DNA from: a virus
Taxonomy: Duplodnaviria > Caudoviricetes
Length of the DNA: 43,597 nt
Reading direction: 5' to 3' (one strand)
IMG/VR virus record: IMGVR_UViG_3300034130_000039
Coordinates: 1 to 43,597 of that record
In this document: piece by piece, positions 9,960 to 17,570 of the stretch
How the letters are laid out: the number at the start of each line of letters is the position of its first letter
How positions within the stretch are numbered: position 1 is the first letter of the stretch
Notes under the pieces: model-generated
Seen by the model: the letters and a program-made list of their open reading frames with translations, nothing else
What the model was told of the DNA's origin: nothing
Database searches by the model: none
Position numbers and translations under genes: made by a program

Positions 9960-10046
9960 AGAGGCTTCTCGGAGAGTGTCCGAAAGTGCGACGCACTTTT
10001 GCGTGGTTTTTCCGCCACACTCTGTTTCTTCACTTTCTCCCCCTCC

Positions 10047-10229
10047 TTATCGCGTGCGGAACCAGTACTGGTGCCCCTGGACGCACCGGAACAGCTTGAA
10101 CTCGTGCCCGTTCACGTATTTGTTTTGCCCCATATAAACCATCGAACTGTCGTCAACCGGGCAGGTGAAGCTCTGCGCGAAAGCGACCAAAGCTCCGAAG
10201 AGGAGCGCGGCGGCCAGTAATTTTTTCAT
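10047..10229 (-). CDS. Small secreted protein (signal peptide, two Cys)
   Basis: MKKLLAAALLFGALVAFA-Q signal; GAGGG RBS. Confidence 0.75.
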   Translation of the reverse strand: MKKLLAAALLFGALVAFAQSFTCPVDDSSMVYMGQNKYVNGHEFKLFRCVQGHQYWFRTR

Positions 10230-10260
10230 ACTGCCCTCATCGACCGCCGCGCCCGCTTTG

Positions 10261-10506
10261 TTAGGATGCCTTGCGCCGCTCCAACTCGGAAAGCCTCTGC
10301 TCCATCAGCGCGAGCCGCTCATCGAAACCCATCACGACGCTGGTCATTCCGTTGACTCGAATCTCCATCGGTCGCGCCCAGCCGTGGAACGCCGTCAAAA
10401 GCTTCGTTTCCACACGCTCCAGGTCTTCTTTTGTGGCGCACCTTTCGAATCGTTCGTGGATCCGTGCGAAATTGTCGTCTAGGTATTGCTTTAGCTCTTG
10501 ATCCAT
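10261..10506 (-). CDS. Small coiled-coil protein (MDQELKQYL family, paralogue 1)
   Basis: Heptad pattern; coupled to the upstream gene stop. Confidence 0.8.
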   Translation of the reverse strand: MDQELKQYLDDNFARIHERFERCATKEDLERVETKLLTAFHGWARPMEIRVNGMTSVVMGFDERLALMEQRLSELERRKAS

Positions 10507-11042
10507 CACTTCCCCTTCGCCGCCTTTTTCACTTCCCCGTTCACTCGCGCCAACGCGTCAGGCACGCTCAGCTCGGGCGGCTGATCGCGCAGCATGGTCG
10601 CGAGCCGCGTCAATTCTTCGTTCGCCTCGACGTTGCGGCTGGCACGTTTCTCATAGCGGTCCGCAAACGCTAATAACTGCCCCACGTTGACGCGCTCCAA
10701 GGGCAGGGAACTGCGGCTGACGCGAATCCTTCGGGGCAGGTGCTCGAAGCCGGGCAGCGTGAATTGTGCGGCATCAGAGGCGGCGCGTTCCTGGCGCTTC
10801 ATCGCGCGGGAAAGAAGCTCGGCGAGCCGGTCATTCGCGAGCATCGCCTGCATCGGCTCCCACAGATTCGCATTCAGCAGTTTGCGGCGAAACGCTTTGT
10901 AGAAGACATGCGTTTCAAACGCAGGTGGGCCCGGAAAATTATCAACACTTACAGACGAATCCTCAAGTGTTGCGCGAACCCAAGCACGGATTTCCGCATC
11001 GAGTTTCGCCCTGAGTTGCACCTTCGCCGCGTCGATTTTCAT
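10506..11042 (-). CDS. Hypothetical protein, 178 aa
   Basis: Protein-like composition; coupled to the downstream gene. Confidence 0.75.
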   Translation of the reverse strand: MKIDAAKVQLRAKLDAEIRAWVRATLEDSSVSVDNFPGPPAFETHVFYKAFRRKLLNANLWEPMQAMLANDRLAELLSRAMKRQERAASDAAQFTLPGFEHLPRRIRVSRSSLPLERVNVGQLLAFADRYEKRASRNVEANEELTRLATMLRDQPPELSVPDALARVNGEVKKAAKGK

Positions 11043-11093
11043 TTTCCCGCCTTCTTTTTCCCCGGCAACCCCTCGTCCGCCGCCCGCACATTT

Positions 11094-11402
11094 TTAGCGT
11101 TTCCCGCCTTCGAGCTTTTCCAGTCGTTCCTGGAACGCCGCAAGCTCCCGAGCCGTCCGCTCGCTCTGAACGTCCAACTTTTCGGACCACTTGTTCATGC
11201 GATTTGTCCAGCGGCTTCCCGTCTGAATCAGTGCCGCCTGACGGTCCAGCCGGATCGCCTGCGCATCGAAACGCAGCGCGATGCTGTTGATCTGACGTTC
11301 CAGGCTTTCCTTCACGTCATTCAGTAGCACGTTCATCGCGTCGAATTTCGTCGTGGTTCGCGCTTCCATTCCTTCGAGGTATTGCTTTAGCTCTTGGTCC
11401 AT
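11094..11402 (-). CDS. Coiled-coil protein (MDQELKQYL family, paralogue 2)
   Basis: Same first 9 aa as 10261-10506. Extended -10 TGGTAGAAT 5 nt upstream of ATG (leaderless). Confidence 0.8.
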   Translation of the reverse strand: MDQELKQYLEGMEARTTTKFDAMNVLLNDVKESLERQINSIALRFDAQAIRLDRQAALIQTGSRWTNRMNKWSEKLDVQSERTARELAAFQERLEKLEGGKR

Positions 11403-11418
11403 GATCTATTCTACCATA

Positions 11419-11703
11419 CGCTAGTTAGCATCGCTCACTTTTTCTTCGTTTTCCCCTTCTTTTTCTCCCACCTTGCCGCCGCCGCTTTTTTGGCAGCCGC
11501 GCTCCTCTGCTCAGGTGTAGTCCCCGCCTGTCGCGCGTCGGCCATCAACTTGCCGTGCGCGGATTTCTCTTCATCGCTCATCCCCGCCAACCGTCTTCGC
11601 GCCATTTCCTGCGCGGCTCGCATCGTCATGCCGACAGTATAGCCTATTTGCGCTAGATTGCATACCCCGTCGAATTCCCTTGCTATCTCGCGCTAGATAG
11701 CAT
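11419..11703. promoter_or_regulatory. Three operator-like sites CGCTAGWTWGCAT (11419, 11651, 11691)
   Basis: cgctagttagcat, cgctagattgcat, cgctagatagcat. The third lies within the palindrome TGCTATCT-N6-AGATAGCA (11681-11702). Each overlaps a predicted promoter. Confidence 0.7.
11435..11629 (-). CDS. Small basic protein with TPEQRSAAAKKAAAARW motif; candidate repressor
   Basis: 64 aa, Lys/Arg-rich. TATACT 6 nt upstream of ATG. Divergent from the early rightward operon. Confidence 0.75.
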   Translation of the reverse strand: MTMRAAQEMARRRLAGMSDEEKSAHGKLMADARQAGTTPEQRSAAAKKAAAARWEKKKGKTKKK

Positions 11704-11708
11704 ACTAT
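11680..11708 (+). promoter_or_regulatory. Sigma70-type early promoter
   Basis: TTGCTA-N17-TACTAT upstream of the 11749 gene (AGGA RBS). Confidence 0.7.
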
Positions 11709-11748
11709 TATCTCAGGCCAACACAGCGGCCTAACAGGAAAAAACCAG

Positions 11749-11976
11749 ATGACTTGCAACGAAACCGGATACCGCGACGACTACGACGGACTCGACGCGC
11801 AAGAGGAAAACGACGCCGAACTCGCCGCCATTTTCCCCGAGATGACCGACGCGGAGCTGGACACCATGTTCCTGGCGTGCGCCCCTAACGACTGGGACGA
11901 CGTCGCTTGGGAGTCGCGCCGCGAAAGCCAGCGCGAGCTGGCCGACCTCGACTACGACGCGCGGAGGGCAGCATGA
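11749..11976 (+). CDS. Highly acidic small early protein
   Basis: 75 aa, D/E-rich; first gene after the early promoter. Confidence 0.75.
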   Translation: MTCNETGYRDDYDGLDAQEENDAELAAIFPEMTDAELDTMFLACAPNDWDDVAWESRRESQRELADLDYDARRAA

Positions 11977-12509
11977 CGCCGGCCACCGCAATCATCAAAT
12001 TCGAGGTCAACAAACCCCAGGTCCTCGCCCTCGCCTACGCGGAGGGCAAGCCCTCGCAGTCGCGCTACTCAGGCGACCAGCTCATGTTCACCACCACCAC
12101 GGGCGACCGCTTCTTTGTCGAGCCGTATGTGGGCGATCGCATCGCCGCGGCGGGCATCACGGTCGGCAAGCCGTTCGAGATTTGCAAGCGCGAAACGATG
12201 GCGGGCAACCGCCGCGTTGTTGACTTCCAGGTGCGCGCGATCGCGCCGCCGCCGTTGCCGCAACCGCCGCCAATGCCGCCGGCGCCGCGAACCTCCGCGC
12301 CCTCCGCGCCAGTGACAGCCACCGCGCCCGTGAACGGGGCAGGGCAGACCGCTGCCGAAATCATGGCTGAGTGCTACCGGGTCGCGGTGGACATCGCGGT
12401 CAGCACGCAGGCTTACGCACACGAGAACGGCCTGAACCTCGCGCCCGTCTTCGAAGACGTGCGCACGATGGGCACGGCCCTCTTCATCCAGACTCAGGGG
12501 CGCCGCTAA
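11973..12509 (+). CDS. Hypothetical protein, possible OB-fold ssDNA-binding protein
   Basis: ATGA-coupled, GGAGG RBS. Beta-rich N domain, Pro linker and helical C-end. Precedes the nuclease. Confidence 0.6.
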   Translation: MTPATAIIKFEVNKPQVLALAYAEGKPSQSRYSGDQLMFTTTTGDRFFVEPYVGDRIAAAGITVGKPFEICKRETMAGNRRVVDFQVRAIAPPPLPQPPPMPPAPRTSAPSAPVTATAPVNGAGQTAAEIMAECYRVAVDIAVSTQAYAHENGLNLAPVFEDVRTMGTALFIQTQGRR

Positions 12510-13409
12510 ATGACGCCCTCCCTCGAAGAAACCCTCACCGCGTCCATCGCATTGGTGGACGCGCGCAAGGCAGCCGATAAGGAAGCGGTGAGCGCGAATC
12601 TCTTCCTGATGCCTAACCCGCCGCCGGCGCCCGCGTCCGAGGTTCCGCGCGTATTGTCGCCTTCGAGCGTCAACACCTACCTCGACTGCTCGGTGAAGTG
12701 GTTCTACCGCAAGGTGCTGAAGCTACCCGAAACCCGCGGCGCCGCCCTCGCGCTCGGGACCGCGGTGCACCACGCGCTGCTGGAGAATTTCCGGCAACGC
12801 ATCGAGACAAAACAGGACCTGGACGACAACGGAGTCGGCGCGCTTTTCGTCAACGCGCTCTGCGATGAACTGGACGCCGGAACGAAGCTACAGAAAGACG
12901 AGTCGTGGGACGATTTGAGGGAAGCCGGCGAAACGATGTGCCGGGTGTTCATGGAGCAAGCCGCGCCCTTGATCGAGCCGGCCGCGGTCGAGTCGCTGGT
13001 AGAGGGGTTTGTGGGCGACGTACCCGTTCATGGCTACATCGACGTGCGCGACGTTCACGGCCGCGTTATCGACATCAAGACCGCGAAGAAAAGGCCCTCG
13101 GGCATGATGCCGGCGTATCGGTTGCAGGTCGCGACCTACGCCATGCTGGACCCGGAAGCGAACGGGCAAGCCACGCTCTCGACGCTCACGAAGACGAAGA
13201 CGGTCGCGCTGCATCAGGAAACCATCGCGATTACGCCGGCCGACGAGAAGCTGACCACGCGCCTCTACTCGATCGCGCGCGATCAAATGGCGGCCGGCAT
13301 CTACTCGCCGAACCGCGGCTCGATGCTTTGCTCGCGCAAGTATTGTCCGCATTGGGAGCGGTGCGAAGACGAGTACGGCGGGCAGGTTTCAGGCGAGGCC
13401 TCCGTATGA
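12510..13409 (+). CDS. PD-(D/E)XK RecB/Cas4-like exonuclease
   Basis: LSPSSVNTYLDC, GTAVH, GYID, IDIKT, QVATY and C-terminal CSRKYCPHWERC. Confidence 0.9.
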   Translation: MTPSLEETLTASIALVDARKAADKEAVSANLFLMPNPPPAPASEVPRVLSPSSVNTYLDCSVKWFYRKVLKLPETRGAALALGTAVHHALLENFRQRIETKQDLDDNGVGALFVNALCDELDAGTKLQKDESWDDLREAGETMCRVFMEQAAPLIEPAAVESLVEGFVGDVPVHGYIDVRDVHGRVIDIKTAKKRPSGMMPAYRLQVATYAMLDPEANGQATLSTLTKTKTVALHQETIAITPADEKLTTRLYSIARDQMAAGIYSPNRGSMLCSRKYCPHWERCEDEYGGQVSGEASV

Positions 13410-13516
13410 GCGGCCACGCGATCGGCACGGCCTTGATCGTGGCGGGCGCCGCGTGGCTCATCCCTGCCGGGGTCCACGCGTTCCGCGAACTGATCCGGAT
13501 GACCCGGAAGCGTTAA
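13406..13516 (+). CDS. Small single-TM protein (36 aa)
   Basis: ATGA-coupled; MSGHAIGTALIVAGAAWLIPAG hydrophobic stretch. Confidence 0.5.
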   Translation: MSGHAIGTALIVAGAAWLIPAGVHAFRELIRMTRKR

Positions 13517-13740
13517 CGCGCCGCGCCTTGCGACATGCCCATTTCGACGATGGACTGGTTGCCCCACATGACCGACTCGCGCAAGGCGGTGAACGCCTGG
13601 TCGAGCGCGGGCCCGGCCGGGCAGATGTCGGCGAGCCCCGTCGCGTAGGTTTGAGCGAGAGCCGCAAGCGCGTGCTGCGTGTCGAGCTGCTTCGAGTTCG
13701 GCGTGTGCAGCGCGAAATTGGGAGCGTTTTGTTTCGGCAT
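13513..13740 (-). CDS. Acb2/Tad1-like helical hairpin protein (possible cyclic-nucleotide sponge)
   Basis: FALHTP...ICPAG..LDQAFTALRESVMWGNQSI resembles the FxYHxP...CPxSRExSLAxTKLEEAxMWANxxI family. Confidence 0.65.
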   Translation of the reverse strand: MPKQNAPNFALHTPNSKQLDTQHALAALAQTYATGLADICPAGPALDQAFTALRESVMWGNQSIVEMGMSQGAAR

Positions 13741-13779
13741 GGCTTTATACTACTCCTGACCGTGAGCGCCGACAAGACC

Positions 13780-14403
13780 ATGACAGCCGCGATCTATGCC
13801 CGCGTGAGCACGACCGACAAGGGGCAGGAAGTCGAGAACCAGCTCGTCCAGCTCCGACGCTACGCGCGGACGCAGCACTGGCAGATCCGCGAATTCGTCG
13901 ACCACGCCACTGGCAAGCATTCGGACCGCGAACAATTCCAGGCGATGTTCGAAGCGGCGTCGCGTCGCGAGTTTTCCGTCGTCGTCGTGTGGGCGCTCGA
14001 TCGCTTCACGCGCGAAGGCATAGGCGAAACGTTCGCACACCTGAAGCGGCTGCGCGGATACGGCGTCCAGTTCGAGAGCTTCAGCGAGCCACAGTTCCGG
14101 ACGACCGGCCCGTTCGGTGAATTGTTCGCCGAGCTGATGATCGCGCTCGCGGCCTGGTACGCGAAGACCGAGCGGCAGCGCATCTCGGATCGGACGAAGG
14201 CAGGCCTGGTCACGGCACGCGCGAAGGGCAAAACACTCGGCCGGCCCTGGAAGGTCTTTCCCCGCGATCGCGCGATCGCGCTTCGAAAAGAGGGTGTGAG
14301 CTGGCGCGATATCGCCCGCGAATTAGGCGTCGGGGAATCGACCATCCGGCACGTGCTGAAAAGTGCGCAACAAACGTCTCCCAAAAAACGCGGGAAACGC
14401 TAG
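13780..14403 (+). CDS. Small serine recombinase (resolvase/invertase) with C-terminal HTH
   Basis: YARVST, VVWALDRFTR, ERQRISDRTKAGL..AR.KG..LGRP and SWRDIARELGVGESTI. Real start is ATG 13780. Confidence 0.93.
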   Translation: MTAAIYARVSTTDKGQEVENQLVQLRRYARTQHWQIREFVDHATGKHSDREQFQAMFEAASRREFSVVVVWALDRFTREGIGETFAHLKRLRGYGVQFESFSEPQFRTTGPFGELFAELMIALAAWYAKTERQRISDRTKAGLVTARAKGKTLGRPWKVFPRDRAIALRKEGVSWRDIARELGVGESTIRHVLKSAQQTSPKKRGKR

Positions 14404-14462
14404 GCAAACAAAAGCAACAAGTTAGCCCGTTTTCGGCGTCCGTATACGGTCGTTTGATGCGC
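14365..14462. promoter_or_regulatory. Candidate res site
   Basis: Inverted pair gcgcaacaaacg / cgtttgatgcgc (11/12) flanks an AT-rich IHF/HU-like aagcaacaagtta and the palindrome ccgtatacgg. Confidence 0.45.
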
Positions 14463-14596
14463 GGTTTGGCACCATAAAAGGTCGATTTTATTGACTTTTC
14501 CGCGCGTTTGTTCACCGCGCCCGGGTGGACGCCGCTTGCTTGAACGGCGCGGCCGCGCGAACAAAAGTCCACACGCAGAGCCACCCTGGAAACTTT

Positions 14597-15016
14597 TCAA
14601 CCCTTGCGCGCGCCCTCGATCATCACGCGCGTCGCGTCGAGCCCGTCGACCAGCTCTTGCAGCTCCGCGGACGCTTCAGGCTCCATGCGGGCTTCCATCG
14701 CGTCGGCGTCGGCGATCGCGCCGCGGACCAGCTCCTCGATCTCGGCCACGAACGGGTCAGGCGGCACCGGGACCAGGTTGGCCGGGACGAAGGCCCAGGA
14801 GTCCATCATCCGGTTGATCGCGCCGACCGCGTAGTCTCTCTCCCACAACGGGCAACCATACACTCCGCAAATCGGGCAAAGGTCGTACGCCGGCGCGACC
14901 GGCGGCGGCACGATCGCGGGCGCCGTGTACTCGGGCGTGGCCTGCTCGAACACGACCGCGCCGTCGTCGGCCACGTGCGGCAGCATGTCGACCGGCTTGA
15001 CGGCCGCGGGTTTCAC
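14597..15016 (-). CDS. Hypothetical protein with CPICGVYGC motif
   Basis: GTGA-coupled start at 15016 with GGAGG RBS. Confidence 0.65.
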   Translation of the reverse strand: MKPAAVKPVDMLPHVADDGAVVFEQATPEYTAPAIVPPPVAPAYDLCPICGVYGCPLWERDYAVGAINRMMDSWAFVPANLVPVPPDPFVAEIEELVRGAIADADAMEARMEPEASAELQELVDGLDATRVMIEGARKG

Positions 15017-15279
15017 GGCGCGGCCTCCCAGTCCTCGATCGCGGCAGCCAGGCGCGCTTCGCTCCAAGCCGGCTCGCCGATTAGGCTCGCGCGCTCGTTT
15101 AGCCGTTCCAACGTCGTCGACTGCCAGCCTTGGCACCTGTCCTCGCCGCAGGCGCATGGCGCGACGACGCGGCCGGCGGCGCGCGTCTCGGCAACCGCGT
15201 CGTCGATCTGCTCGCGGGTCATGTCGCGGCCTTCGGACACGTAAAACCGTTCGAACTCGTCGGCGGTAAGCTCTGGCAT
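15013..15279 (-). CDS. Hypothetical phage protein (PCACGEDRCQGW)
   Basis: GGAG RBS; Cys motif of a common small phage protein type. Confidence 0.7.
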   Translation of the reverse strand: MPELTADEFERFYVSEGRDMTREQIDDAVAETRAAGRVVAPCACGEDRCQGWQSTTLERLNERASLIGEPAWSEARLAAAIEDWEAAP

Positions 15280-15409
15280 TTCTGCTCCCTCCCCAAGCGT
15301 AACGGGCGAGTTCCCACGCGTCCATGTTGCCTATCCTACAAAGCAAACCGGGGAGAACCCGCGTCCTATTCAGGAAGCGGACCCGGCCGTGCGTGCAATC
15401 TCACCCTAG

Positions 15410-16033
15410 TCACGGTAGCAGTACGACGGGCCACGAGGACGACGGCAAAACCTTGGCGGCGGGGAACGCCCAGAGCATGAGGTTCGAGCCGTCGCTTTGG
15501 ACCAGCCTCACCAGTTGGAGCGTCGCGCAGCTCGGGATCGGGCCCGTTGCGTCGGCGCACAGCGACCACGTGAACGGCAGCGGCGACACGAAGATTTCGG
15601 ACACAATCGCGTTGCCGGCCGTGGCAGCAAACTGCAAGTGCAGCACGCCCGCGCCGACGAAGGCCAGCATCGGGAAAACGTAAGGCTTGTTGACGCCGCC
15701 GGCGAGGGTGAACACGTCCAGCGGCGCCGATGTTTGCCCGTTCGCGGTGATGGTGAACACGCGCTGGCCCGCCGCCGTTTTGTTCGGCTCGGTCAGGGTC
15801 ATCCAGACCGAATACATCCCGTTGGCGAGCGGGATGTTGTAGCTGAAGGAGCTGCCGTAGCGCAGAAACGCCAGAGGCGCGGCCAGCGGCATTGGCCACG
15901 CCCCTATGCCTCCCACGAAGTATTGATCGCTGGGCGAGCCGCACGCGATGGTCACATTGCCGGGAGGAGCGGCCGCGGCGGCCGGGAGCGCGAGGAGAAG
16001 GAAGACGGCTGCGAGCCCCGCCCTCGTCCTCAC
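15410..16033 (-). CDS. Secreted malectin-domain carbohydrate-binding protein
   Basis: GTGA-coupled start; signal peptide. RYG..FSYNIPLANGMYSV...EP....GQRVFTITANG....LDVF..AGG.NK is the malectin signature. Confidence 0.8.
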   Translation of the reverse strand: MRTRAGLAAVFLLLALPAAAAAPPGNVTIACGSPSDQYFVGGIGAWPMPLAAPLAFLRYGSSFSYNIPLANGMYSVWMTLTEPNKTAAGQRVFTITANGQTSAPLDVFTLAGGVNKPYVFPMLAFVGAGVLHLQFAATAGNAIVSEIFVSPLPFTWSLCADATGPIPSCATLQLVRLVQSDGSNLMLWAFPAAKVLPSSSWPVVLLP

Positions 16034-16626
16034 GCCCTCGGAGGCCACGTCCAGAAGCCCACCTCGGGCGGATGCGCCGGGTTCGTCCATTCCGCGGCGC
16101 TCGGGATCAGCTTGTGCACCGCGAACATCGTCGTGACAGCCAGGCGCAGCGTGCCGTCCGGATTCACCTTGAGGACCTGCGCCGGGAACTCCGTGACCGT
16201 GACCTTGCCGTTGACCCCGTGATGGTGATTGAACGTCTCCGGGTCGGCGTGGAAGATAACGCGGTCGCCGATCCTCGGGTGGTATGGGGCGGCCGTGCCG
16301 TGGACCTGCCTGCCGGCCTGCGTCGCGTTGCGCGGATCTCCAGGCGGATATGCCGACGCGGGCGGCGCCGCTCCGTCGTGGTACGCGGGCTCGTCGACGC
16401 GCATGCCGGATTGCGCCAGCCCCGCGTTCTGCCTTTCGTTTTGGCGCTGGTCTTGCGCCAGCGGATTGTTCGGGTCGTTGCGCTGGATGTCGCCGCGCGT
16501 CGGATCGGGATGGGCCTGCGTCGCGTTGCCCTGCTCGCTCGGCGGCGGCGGAACACGCGAATCGTTCTTGGCGGCTTGCGCATCGGCCTCGCGCTGGCGT
16601 TGCGCCTTTTGCTCGGCGGGTGTCAC
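16030..16626 (-). CDS. Hypothetical phage protein (disordered N-term; PRIGDRVIF...PAQV...WTWPPR domain)
   Basis: C-terminal domain resembles the common phage PxVGRxVxY...PAxV...WxWPxR family. Confidence 0.7.
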   Translation of the reverse strand: MTPAEQKAQRQREADAQAAKNDSRVPPPPSEQGNATQAHPDPTRGDIQRNDPNNPLAQDQRQNERQNAGLAQSGMRVDEPAYHDGAAPPASAYPPGDPRNATQAGRQVHGTAAPYHPRIGDRVIFHADPETFNHHHGVNGKVTVTEFPAQVLKVNPDGTLRLAVTTMFAVHKLIPSAAEWTNPAHPPEVGFWTWPPRA

Positions 16627-16712
16627 TTCGCGGTGGCCTTTTTCGCTTTGGCGGCGGCGGGTTTCTTCGCGGGCGCGGTCTTTGTCGGGGCGGGCGGCTT
16701 GGGTTTGCTCAT
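16623..16712 (-). CDS. 29-aa Lys/Ala/Pro-rich histone H1-like micropeptide
   Basis: MSKPKPPAPTKTAPAKKPAAAKAKKATAK. GTGA-coupled to the next gene; CATACT 7 nt upstream. Confidence 0.55.
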   Translation of the reverse strand: MSKPKPPAPTKTAPAKKPAAAKAKKATAK

Positions 16713-16762
16713 GTTTCCGAGTATGCGCCCGGCCGCCCGAAGTGTCTAGGGAAAAAGCTGAA

Positions 16763-16972
16763 TCAGTCGACCGACACGTCGTAGAACCACAGCAGCGTGT
16801 GGCGGTCGTCGTAGCAGAGCGCGCCGCCGTCGCGTTCCCATTCCTCGCGCGTGGCTTCGCGCAGGATCGCCATCGGCACGGTCGGGTCTACCAATTCGCC
16901 TTCGCCCCATCTGTAGCGAACACGGCGGACGGTGGATCCCACCTTTTGCGGAGTGTCGAAGGCCCACACCAT
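16763..16972 (-). CDS. Hypothetical protein
   Basis: Immediately follows the upstream stop (TAA-ATG). Confidence 0.65.
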   Translation of the reverse strand: MVWAFDTPQKVGSTVRRVRYRWGEGELVDPTVPMAILREATREEWERDGGALCYDDRHTLLWFYDVSVD

Positions 16973-17101
16973 TTACAGCCGCGCGATCCTCTCCAGTTCG
17001 ACCGTGTCCTTCCAGCCGGCGATGTCGCGCAGCATCCGGCGCACAAAGACCGCATGCGCGTCGAACGTCGTTTTCATGAGGCGGATCTCGTCGTCGGTCA
17101 C
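16973..17101 (-). CDS. Hypothetical 42-aa protein
   Basis: VTDDEIRLMKTTFDAH...ERIARL fills the gap and is coupled at both ends. Confidence 0.55.
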   Translation of the reverse strand: MTDDEIRLMKTTFDAHAVFVRRMLRDIAGWKDTVELERIARL

Positions 17102-17325
17102 AGGAAAAACGCCCTCACGGTTCTGACGGCGCGCAGGTGCGTCCACCACCACACGCGCGTCCGGACCGGCAGCGCGCGACGTTGCTCGCGACGTTCGGCG
17201 GCGGCGACGACGGCCGCCAGCCCGCTTCCAGGAATGAACCGCGCCCTCGGCCGAAACTGGCGTTCGAAGTTTTCGAGCACGATCACGGCGCGCTCGGCGC
17301 GGTGTTCAAAGTCGTCGTCGTGCAT
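17098..17325 (-). CDS. Hypothetical protein
   Basis: AAGGAG RBS; in operon. Confidence 0.6.
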   Translation of the reverse strand: MHDDDFEHRAERAVIVLENFERQFRPRARFIPGSGLAAVVAAAERREQRRALPVRTRVWWWTHLRAVRTVRAFFL

Positions 17326-17345
17326 GGCGGCTCCTTTTCACGATT

Positions 17346-17570
17346 TTAGAGAATCATGCGCAGCGGAAAGCATTCGAGCGCGGCGTCGGACGGAGGTGTC
17401 ATCTCTACCAGCTCGTTTTCGAATTCCGTCGCGTCGTCGTTTCTGTGGACCGCAATCCGGGTGATCGCGCAGTGTACGGCGATGCCGCTTTCGGTTTTTC
17501 CTTCCCATACGCGAGCAAGTTGTCCGTTGATTTCGACAAGCAGGCTGGTGTTTTCTATGGTGATCTTCAT
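17346..17570 (-). CDS. Hypothetical phage protein (ARVWEGKTESGI)
   Basis: GGAGGAG RBS; familiar small phage family motif. Confidence 0.75.
   Translation of the reverse strand: MKITIENTSLLVEINGQLARVWEGKTESGIAVHCAITRIAVHRNDDATEFENELVEMTPPSDAALECFPLRMIL

Noticed and set aside
12510-13409. Cas4-like gene as part of a CRISPR system
   Set aside because: No repeat-spacer array or other cas genes seen; solo Cas4-like nucleases are common in phages.
13453-13779. N-terminal extension making a 316-aa recombinase
   Set aside because: It overlaps the Acb2-like gene antisense; the catalytic YARVS lies just after ATG 13780.
15017-15346. Arg-rich extension of 14597-15016 nested over 15013-15279
   Set aside because: Composition is typical of an off-frame read, and the coupled GTG at 15016 has a good RBS. 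A TAGGAT before ATG 15325 leaves slight doubt.
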